Assembly (NCBI RefSeq): GCF_018350175.1
Contig: NC_058369.1
Span: forward strand, 25,360,001-25,424,000
Length of the DNA: 64,000 nucleotides
Reading direction: 5' to 3'
DNA from: Felis catus
Lineage: Eukaryota
Made by a program: the position numbers and the translations under genes. This document shows positions 28,166 to 39,300 of the stretch, in pieces. The first letter of the stretch is position 1. Each line of letters begins with the position of its first letter. The notes beneath the pieces are model-generated. The model saw only the letters and a list, made by a program, of their open reading frames with translations, was not told the origin of the DNA and ran no database searches.

Positions 28166-31100
28166 ACACACACACACACACACACACACACTTTGGATCT
28201 ACAGCTGCTTATTAAAAACATTTCACAATGGCTGCATTATAATCTATCTAAGGATGTAAACCATAATCTAAAATTTTTCCTAATGATGTTTAAATTATCT
28301 GTAGCTTTTTTCTACTTAATTAAAATACTGTTTTTTGATGTTTGTTACTATTCAGATACAGCTTCTGAATTTTCAGTCATTTTTTTCTCTATGTTAAGAT
28401 GCTATGGTTCACTGTCTTTTATCAAATGGTGGTTTAATTTCATATTCCTTCTTTAAATATGTAATGAATGTCAGTTACTGTGTCATTTATCATGCTGGAT
28501 GTTGGGAGTCCCTGTGTTCATTTGTCAGAATTACCAAATTGTTAATATGTTACTACAAGTACTTACTTTTTTGTTTTTTCATTTTATTGCTAATAATGCT
28601 TTACATGATTTCTCATTTCACATTCCTAGTGTGATTCAAAATTAGTAATTATTTTTTTCTCTAACTTAGTAACATTTATAGGAAAGCTAAACATCCCAAT
28701 GTTAGTGACTAATATATTGAAAAATTTTACTTAACTATATTTATGGAGAAATAATAACTAAGTATAATTGGTGTTTTCTATTAGGATTACTGATTTATAT
28801 TTGAAATATATAGGATATGTCAGAAAGTTGAAGTGCATTGTCTTATTTGCAGTGTTCTTTTGGTACAGTTTGTCTTCTGAAAAACAGCACCTGTTTCTTT
28901 TTTGGTTATGTTTTGGCACAGACAGCCAAAGTCAAAGTTGTTAAAATATGAGTACAGGTGCCCCTGGTGGTCTCCTTTTCCTAAGATATTGATTGGTTGT
29001 GTGTTTTGGGTTTTTAAAGTTTTGATACTGATTGGTTTTATATGTACTTTGAAAGATAAAACATTTTCTCAGATCAATTTTTTTTAAGTTAAGGGTCAAA
29101 ATTCTTTCTTTTTTTTTTTTCAGATCTTCAATTTTGCAAGCAGAAAGTAAAAAAGACCACGAAGAGGTAAAATTTTATCTAGTTAATTTCTTCAGCAACA
29201 TCTCAAGATATCTCAGCAACTAAATATTAAGATACAAATTTGGAAAATCCTAGTTAATTACAAAATTTTTTAAAATAAAATCTGTTGTCCCCAAGCAACA
29301 TTCTTAAGTTTCACACACAATTTTAAAGCTAGACCTATAAGGGGAGACGTTAGAAATCGTTGCTGTCTGTCTTTTTAAAGGCACGACTTCAGAAATGACC
29401 TTGTGACTATTGCTTTCTGGCAAGTTAGTAGTATCATGAGGTGACAGTTTAATTTATTCTCTTCTCTCACCAACTTTCTGAGACCGTATTTGCTGCATTA
29501 AGAACGTAGTGGCAACAGATGTAGCATGGCAGGAAGCAAGTAAAGCTTAAAATGAAAGACAGAAAAACAAAAATTTGGGAGTGTCTGTTCTTCCTCACGA
29601 GTCTTTTATTTTTGGCTCCATTTTTACTTCTAGTGCACCAAATATGGAAGGTAAGTTACCACCAAGAACTGACACTTCAAAAACTTTGTCTTGAGAAATA
29701 CTCTTCGATGAAAGTATACTATACTTGATTTTGAGCCATTTTATCTGGTATTATAACTGTGTTGGTAGAAGACAAGGTTAGAAATTACATAGAGATCTAT
29801 TTTTATTTACCTCTTATGCAAAAGAGTAGGTATTAAAACTTGCTTTTGGTTTGTGAGGAACACAGACCTGTGTCTGCTCTCTGCAGGGCTTACCACACAG
29901 AATTTTAGTTTAATGAGGCTCATCATGGACTGAAATCCTCGAGAGTGAAGTGGAAAATGTGGAAGAGAGAGCATTTTCTATGTTAATTAGTTATAAATCT
30001 GAAGAAGGGAAGTATGTAAAATGCATTCGCTGGGAATATATTTAGCTCTTTACTTTTTTGCATTAGTGTTAATCATGAATCTGAATCCAGACTCTCTTAT
30101 TTGGTGGAGATTATGAAGGGAAGTGATATAAAAAGACAAATACAGGCTACTAAATTATAACTTAACATTATTGCTATGTTTTTATTCCCTTGTATGAAGT
30201 TAATTTGGGCTTTAAAAATAATAAATCTATTCACTGTTCTGTTACACACAGACTATACTTATGTACATAGGAAAATACTGTTTTTGTGAGAAAGATTATG
30301 TGTTACATCTTATGAAACTTCTATACAATGAGATATTGAACATTCTCGTTTAGAAGAGAAGGATTGTAGGAAAAAAGTCTTATTTTTCTTTTTCTTTTTC
30401 TCTTGCAGTGGATCTGTACAATAAATAACATATCCAAACAAATATATTTAAGTGAAAATCCAGAGGTAATGTTTTTATTTATGATATCCAGATCTGGCAA
30501 AATTGAATACTTCTGTGGCTTACATGGCTTTTATTAATTATGTCTTAATCTCTCAAATTCTGTAATCTTGATTTGCCCTTGAATGGGTAGCTTTAACGTA
30601 TCCATATATGAGCATCTGGTCTTCTTAGATAAATTATTTCAAATGTAATGGAAATCTGTCAGCTAACAAATATTTACTGGGTATCAATGCTGGATTTAGC
30701 CTTGGGCTGAGCACCGTGGATAAAGATACAGATGAATAAGAATAAGCCAGGGCTCTGCCCTCCAGGGGCCTCTGTGTATGGGAATACAAACATTTATATG
30801 AAATGTTACACTTAAGTAACATTTCATATAAAATAGTATATAATTGAAAGTGTATAGTAATGACTAGAAGCTTAAGATTTGAAAATGTTAAGATCAAATA
30901 TGGACTTTAATTTTAGAGAAAACTGTGGAGATGATACAGACTCCTGAGCTGGCTAAGATTTGTCCATATTTTGAGGATAAGAGAAGAAATTGCAGATGTG
31001 AGAATAAAAACAAAAGCACAAGGGCAGAAACGGTGTGTTTCTGAAACCAGTAGTATAATTGGAGTTCAAGTTTCTTGTTGGAGAATAATTGAAAGCTGAA

Positions 31101-33251
31101 ATGTGCATACAAATCACCTGGGGATCTTGTTAAAATACATATTATATCTAGGGTTCGGGTATTCAGCCTGAACTCTGTTTTGCCACATACACTTTGAGTA
31201 GCAAGGGTATCAAGCCAGATGAACTTCCATGTAGGTGCAATCCAGATATACAGGCAGAACCCAGAGAACTGTGGAAGGAAACAAGTGGGTCCATGCTACA
31301 GTGTAGTTGGGAAAAGACTTGGTTTAGGACAGGAGCTGTGTGTCCTCTGCCAGTCTTGGTGGGCCCAGTGTGCTGTGAACTTGGCCACCTCCAGAACACC
31401 TCAAGGCTGTGCAGTACTGATAATTTGAGTTGAGGCAGAACAGGGCTGATTTCTTTAGGAAGCCCTCACTTTTTTAAGTCTTAAACTGTTGTTGGATAAT
31501 AGTTGATTAGACAGGGGTGTCTGGGAACATGTAGGAGACCATTACAATAATTAAGGGATGAGCTGAGGGTCTGGACACCCTGGTAACTAAGAGAAGAGAG
31601 AAGAAATGATACATTGTAGAAACAAGTAAAAAGACATTGACTAGAGTAGTTACTAACTGACCAATATAAAGGATGAAGGAGATGAATTAAAGATGACTTG
31701 CAGGTTTTAAGCTCACATGAATGGAAGAACAATTTGAAGAGTTCTGTTTTTATCATAATGGCTTTGAAATGCCACCCAAGACACCTAGGACTTAGATTCC
31801 TAGGAACAAGTTTTGAATAAAGAAACAGTATCTCATGATCTCCAAAATATTAGTAACTTCTGTTAGTTGTATAATAATTTTATGAGCCTAATCTGAGAAA
31901 ATTAGTGCTAATTGTAGAGAAGCCTTTTGCTTGTAGTAATTAGATCTGTTGCCAGTCTAGCTTTTCCTTTCTGTTATGCTACTTGGGAGTAACAAAAAAT
32001 TAAAATGGAAGTTGGATGATCTGTTAATACCTAGAGAATACGTGGTAAATACAGTGTTTGCATTTGAATAATTCAGGGTTATCTTACTTTCCCACAAGTT
32101 ATCAGAACTCTAAATTTTAAGTAGTATTTTCCAGATTATCCAGAATTACTTTATCTGTGTTTAATGAGAGGAGAAATTCTGATCAACTTGTAGCATTGTT
32201 GTGATATTTTTGCTAACTATAAGACACAGAAATGCAAAAATGTTAAGTGACGATGGGGTTCCTGGGTGGCTCAGTCGGTTAAGCATTTGCCTTCCGCTCG
32301 GATCATGATCTCATGGTTCGTGGGTTTGAGCCCCACATCGGGCTCTCTGTTGTCAGTGCAGAGTCTGCTTTGGATCCTCTGTCCCCCTCTTTCTGCCTGA
32401 ATAAGTAAACTTAAAAAATTTTTTTAAATGTTACATGATGTTTTTTCTAATGCAAATACTGTTTTATGTAGCCAGTGTTTGAAATATGAAGTTTAAAAAT
32501 ATTTCTTATAGGAAGCTTTCTTTCACATTTTGGTCCAAAAATGATAACTTCATCAGTTAATAAATATGTAGATGTTTCTGAGCGTAAATATATTTTGGAA
32601 GATCATGAAAACACTCAGCTGTATAGTTATAAAAAATTTTAATAGTTTTGATATTTTCTGTTTGTTTCCTACTCTTAAATTTATTTATTTAGCAAATGTG
32701 TTGAGTACCTATATACTAGATGCTGTATTAGGTCTAACAATACAAACCTTAGTCTAGAAAATCTGGTAGTTAAATATTTAAAGACCTAGGTCTGTAAGAA
32801 GTAAGAGGAAGCTTATTATGTTATAAAGTTAATTATGTGTCTTAATATTAAGATGGAATGTGGAACTACTTAAGTAACTCCAATTTGCATTTTAAGTGTT
32901 ACTCAAGAGCATTCTGACAATTCAGAGTTCTGTTCAAACTTTTGGTTTTCTTGCTTTACTAATTCTAGTCCTTTTTAAAAAACAAAATAGGAAATTGCTG
33001 CACGAGTAAATCAGTCGGCTTTGGAAGCGGTCACTCCTTCCCCATCTTTCCAGCAGAGGCATGAAAGTCTGCGCCCGGCAGGGTGAGTTACCAGACTTTT
33101 GGTTATTTAAAACTGTATGGGCTATTGGGGCACCTGGGTGGCTCAGTCAGTTAGGTGTCCAACTCTTGGTTGGCTCAGATCATGATGTCACAGTTCATGA
33201 GATGAAGCCCCACACTGTGCTCTGTACTGACAGTGTGCAGCCTGCTTGCGA

Positions 33252-33308
<57 letters not shown>

Positions 33309-36300
33309 CCTCCCTCCCTCCCTCCCTCCCTCCCTCCTCCCCTGCTCACCCGCTCGTTCTCTCTCTCTCAAAAATAAGTAAATAAACTTCAAAAAAAAAA
33401 TGTCTTAAAACTATATGGGCTATTGAAAGTGTTAGCAAAACACTTTGATTTTAGTAGTGCTACTTACGTTAGTACGAAATATGCCCCCCAGACATAGAAA
33501 GTATATTTTCAAATTGGTAAATTTACCAGCGAGAATGCTAAATAAAAAAGATTCCAAATTTTCCTAGTGTTTATCTCTAGAGTGAGGTCATTTATGGTTT
33601 TGAATTTAGTCATTGGAAAGAAAGAAGTCTGTTATTAAATAAGTAGCTGTGATTGTATTTATTGAAATTTGTTCTGTTCCTCTTACTGACATAAAATTGT
33701 ATTTTCTGGGCACCTGGGTGGCTCAGTCAGTTAAGTGTCTAACTCTTGATCTCAGCTTGGGTTTTGATCCCAGAGTTGTGAGTTCGGGCCCCATGTTGGG
33801 CTCTGTTGGGTATGAAGCCTACTTAAAAAAAAAAAAAAAAGTTTCTCATAGTTTGTATTTAATTTCCAAAAGAGAAAACTAAATGCAATGCCTTCTGGTT
33901 TTCTTCTGTGCTTAGACAATCTCGGCCACCGACAGCTCGAACCAGCAGCTCAGGATCCTTGGGATCTGAGTCCACAAATTTGGCTGCCCTCTCTCTAGAT
34001 TCTCTTGTTGCCCCAGACACTCCAATACAGTTTGACATCATTTCTCCTGTGTGTGAAGATCAGCCTGGCCAGGCAAAAGCCTTTGGCCAGGGAGGCAGGT
34101 GGGTGATGGCATCACAGTGATATGGTTCTATGGTCTATAAGGTTTATGATTCCATTTTTACACAGTGTGTCTCACATATATATATCAGCTGTGTTGTACT
34201 TTCTTTAATTACCTAATTTTGGTAGTTGAGAAAGAATCATGTAGGTTTTTCTCTTTGTTTTCTGCCTCAAATAAGTGAAGGCAATTCAGTTTAAGAGAAT
34301 TTTGAATTTTTTTTTGAGATTACTTAATTTTGAATTATTTATCTGCTTCTGGTATTTGCTCTTAAAATTGCAGAAGAAAGCTAATAGTCCATTCTTTAGG
34401 TCATGACAATATTTCAGAAGTTCTTGAGGGGTGCCTGGGTGGGCTCAATCGATTAAGTGCCCGACTTCAGCTAAGGTCATAGTCTTGTGGTTTGGGTCCC
34501 ACGTTGGTCTCTCTGCTGTCAGCACAGAGCTTGCTTCGGATCCTCTGTCTCCCTCTCCCTCTGTGCCTCCCCCAACTCTCTCTCTCTGTCTCTCTCAAAA
34601 AATAAAAATAAACATTAAAAAAAAAAAGGAGGGGCGCCTGGGTGGCGCAGTCGGTTAAGCGTCCGACTTCAGCCAGGTCACAATCTCGCGGTCCGTGAGT
34701 TCGAGCCCCGCGTCAGGCTCTGGGCTGATGGCTCAGAGCCTGGAGCCTGTTTCCGATTCTGTGTCTCCCTCTCTCTCTGCCCTTCCCCCGTTCATGCTCT
34801 GTCTCTCTCTGTCCCAAAAATAAATAAAAACGTGGAAAAAAAAATTAAAAAAAAGAAAAATATCATCTTGAGTCAGAGTAAGAAATCTCCTGGGGCATCT
34901 GGGTGGCTCAGTTGGTTAAGTGTCCGACTTCGGCTCAGGTCATGATCTCACAGTCCATGAGTTCGAGCCCTGTGTCGGGCTCTGTGCTGACAGCTCAGAG
35001 CCTGGAGCCTGTTTCAGATTCTGTGTCTCCCTCTCTCTCTGCCCCTCCCCCACTCATGCTCTGTCTCTCTCTCAAAAATAAAAATAAACATTAAAAAAAA
35101 AATCTCCAGGAAGGCACTAAATTCATGTTATGAATCATTAATAAATCATCTTTTGTTTATAATAATGAGAAATATCAAATCTGTTAAAAAAAATTTGTTT
35201 TTGGCTCTGGGATGAAGGAAATGTGACTTAAGACAAATTTATTTAAGTAGGTTGGACACCTCATACATTGATTTGGATATACATGGCTATGACCAAGAAA
35301 AAATTTCTGTTTGATCATAGAAATCTACTTAGGATTTGATAGAATAGGTCAGACATGTATTATGGAGATCAATTTCATGTTATCTTAATGCCAATGTTAT
35401 TTAAAACAACTTAGCTCTCTGTTTGTTTATAAAACCTATTTTCAGTTGTACTTTTCTTCTTTCATTGTGGGTGTGCCAAGAACCAAGCACCCTTAGGGGA
35501 GGTAGCTTCATCCCTACTTAGCTTTTCTTCTTGCGTTCCATTACATATGCCTTCAGAAATACAGGTTTAAAATTTAAAAATGTTCAAGTTAGCATAGTTA
35601 ACTTGCAACATGTAATAAAGGACCTAAAAAGAGGTTTTTAAAATCCCAGGAAATCCTTGGCATTTTTCTTAGGTAGCTAAAATTGAAGCTAAATCGGCTG
35701 TTCCTTTCCCCCTTTATTTGAATTCAAGGTTTTCACAACATGGTTTATTAGGATGTTGGGGTGTGTGTGTGTCTGTCTATAGTTCATCCACATCTTCTAG
35801 AATGCAGCAGCTTTGAGTTCAGCCTGCTAAGTGTGAAGGTAGAGGCCTTTGTCAGAGTAAGGTGGTCATCAGTAGCGTACCTTGACAGGATCAGGCATTT
35901 TAGAGCTTTATAAAAAAATGTGTGTACAAGTTTTTGTGACTCTTAGTTTTTAACTCCAGTTTCAATGATTGAGGTTTCTTCCATATGGCTCATGGTAACT
36001 GACCATTGGTTCATAATTTTTTAAAAACTTTTCAGGCGCACAAATCCATTTGGAGAATCTGGAGGAGGTACAAAATCTGAAACTGAAGGTAAAACAGATG
36101 TGCAGTATTCTTATATTTTAAAAATTCTCTGGTAAACTGTGTGAAGGATTTGTTTTTATTTATTCTGATGTATGCTGTTTTAATGGTACATTTACTTCAT
36201 AGCTTTCTTTTTGCTCATAGTACACTCAAAGCAACAGAACTTAATCAGGCTTAAAGATTTCATTAAAATTCTAGAATATTATACTTCTGACCTCGTAGTC

Positions 36301-39300
36301 AAATTCTCAACGCAGAAGCGGTCCTTTAAGTTTTTCCTAGCAGTTCATGTTTTCTTCTGCTAACTGGAGCATGACTTTTTTTTCTTTTTGCAGTAACTAT
36401 TTATTTTGATACATTTCAAGCTTACAGCAAAGGTATAAGAATAGTACAAGAACCACCTATTGTTGAAGCAGAACCTTTTGCTGTTTGAATTTGAGACCTT
36501 AATTTTCTTATAACATGAACACTGTAGTTAGGAGTAATTTGTAAATACTTCTACTAGGTTGTATTTTTTACTACAAAATCTAAAAGGTGACAGTGTGTTT
36601 TATTCTTAGGAAGAGATACGTGGAATTTAGAAATATATAATGTATCTTGTTCTTTTGTAGATTCTATTCTTCATCAGTTATTTATTGTCCGATTTCTTGG
36701 TTCCATGGAGGTGAAATCAGATGACAATCCAGATGTTGTTTATGAAACAATGCGGCAAATTTTAGCTGCCCGGGCCATCCATAACATCTTTCGTATGACA
36801 GAGTCACATTTATTAGTCACTTGTGATTGTTTAAAGTAAGTAATGACCTTCCCCTTAAAAAACTGTGCAAAAAATGGGGCGCCTGGGTGGCTCAGTCGGT
36901 TAAGTATCCGACTTCAGCTCAGGTCATGATCTCGCTGTTTGTGAGTTCGAGTTCTGCGTCGGGCTCTGTGCTGACAGCTCGGAGTCTGGAACCTGCTTTG
37001 GGTTCTGTGTCTCCCTCTTTCTCTGCCCCTCCCCTGCTTGTGCTCTGTCTCTCTCTGTCTCTCAAAAATGAATAAATGTAAAAAAAAAAAAAAAAAAACT
37101 ACAAAAAGTTTAATTTCAGCTTAATTAAAATGTTTTCCAAAATTTTAATTATAGGTTAATTGATCCACAGACACAAGTTACAAGGCTCACGGTGAGTTCG
37201 GCATGTTTAAAGCTTTATTCGAAATCCCTCTGTGCACATACACATGTGTATCTTTATAATAATTCTGAACCTATATATTGAAATATGGTAGTAATTATGA
37301 TTGGCTAAGTTATAATTAAGCTGATGGTGGACATCTTCCCCCATAAAGTTATAATTGAACATTCCATGCAACTTAAAGAATTGTGCAATCTGCTGTGATA
37401 CTTAGGTTTTCTTAGGATATGATATATGCTGCCTGGTTAAGGGATAAACACAGGAGGAATTAAAAGGTGAACATGATTGAGTTTATAGTTATCTAGGTTG
37501 AAATAGTTGCAAGTATATGCTCTTATTTAATCATTTAATAATATAGAGCATTTTTGTTATTCTATTTGTTAATGTAAAATGTGTAAATGACTAATAAATT
37601 CAGCATTCAACAACCTCTTATTCTGCCTGGTAATCCAAGCCAAATATGACATTTTTGTTCTTGTATTGCCACGTTGTTAAAAAAAAAAAATTGGCTCTAA
37701 TGTTCTGTTTATGATATAACTTAGTAATTGAGTTTGTTATGTATAAGAGTGCAGTTGTAAGTGTTTGAAAAATCTCATGTTTGCTTCTGATGTTTTCTTT
37801 GGCAGTTTCCATTACCCAGTGTAGTTTTGTATGCTACACACCAGGAAAATAAAAGGCTTTTTGGATTTGTTCTTCGGACATCAGGGGGCAGAAGTGAAAG
37901 TAATCTGTCATCAGTCTGCTACATATTTGAATCAAACAATGAGGGGGAAAAGGTATACATTGCCTTTCAAAATGTGTTTAGGTTGTGAAATATATATCAT
38001 AGTCAAAGTTCTTAGTAAGATTTCTGGAAAAAACTCCCAAAGTTGGCCTACTTCAGCAGAGTTGTTTGACCAAAGCCCGTTGCTCTGAAGGTATCTGAGC
38101 CGATATGTTGGGCCTTCTGACTTACAGACCTGTGTCTTCCCTGGCCATTGAGGGCTAGTGCAGTCTTCTGGCCTCATCCCTTACTCGGGGACTGCAGTAT
38201 ATTCCCGCAATCAGCCTTTTCCAGATGTCTTCAGCTTAGAACAGCATCAGCATCTGCTTAGTTCTCTGCAAACCTTAGCATCTCAGTAATGAATTTGAGA
38301 TAACCGGAAGGTGGGTGTGTGAAAGAGGCGAGACGCAGCAGCGGAAACTCAGACTGAAGAAAATACACAGGTGCTTCGTTTGGGGACTGAAACATTCTTA
38401 AATCAGGTTTTGTCTGAAGCAGTGTGTTATAATGAGTTGTAAATCTAGTTGCACCAGCCATTTGGATACTTGAAATTATTACTTTGAATGAGAACTGGCT
38501 GAGTTTTTCCTATTTTTTCCCCTTTTAGATTTGTGATTCTGTTGGACTGGCAAAACAGATAGCTTTGCATGCAGAACTGGTAAGAATCTAAGATACTTAT
38601 TAATTATCCAAGAATGTTATCTAAAGTAATATAAGATCTTTCATATTAGCAAGTAAATAAAATGATTTTGCTGTGCAAGGTTATCAGTGGATACTATTGC
38701 TGATGCAGTATTTAGAATTTGGATAAATGACTAAGAATGTATATTTTTAGTGTGCCTTTCATGTAAATATAAAAATATGAAAAGGTTACAAAGGCCATAT
38801 GAATTGAAAAGTCTAAAATTTAAAGTTTTTCATATTTAATTCATTAGTTGTACTTATCTGTGTTTTAGGATCGTAGGGCATCGGAAAAACAAAAGGAAAT
38901 AGAGAGGGTAAAAGAGAAACAACAGAAAGAACTCAGTAAACAAAAACAAATCGAAAAGGTATGTAGTCCTAGTATCTAGATCTTTTTTGATACGATGTTT
39001 ATGAAATTTCCTTAATTCAGCACTGTGACTTTCAGGTTGGAATTTCCAAATGAAATTCTGTTTCTGCTTCCTCAGCCACTTCATAATCAGATGATTCATA
39101 GCGCAGCAGAAAAGGAAGACATCTGTCTTCTGATAGGATGTTTACGTTATAGTTACCGATGTGTCGTCAACTTGCTGTTTAGCAAACGTACCAGAACTTA
39201 TATTTCCATATTCCAGCGAAGTTTGTTGCTATCAAAGCAGGTCTTTTGAGAGGCTGTGTGTATATAGACTTAACTGCCATTGCTGGAAGCTGTGTTGGCC

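Noticed and set aside
34427..35102. tRNA genes or a CRISPR-like array
   Set aside because: The tRNA-like A/B boxes belong to SINE heads; no full cloverleaf and no repeat-spacer structure; the context is eukaryotic.
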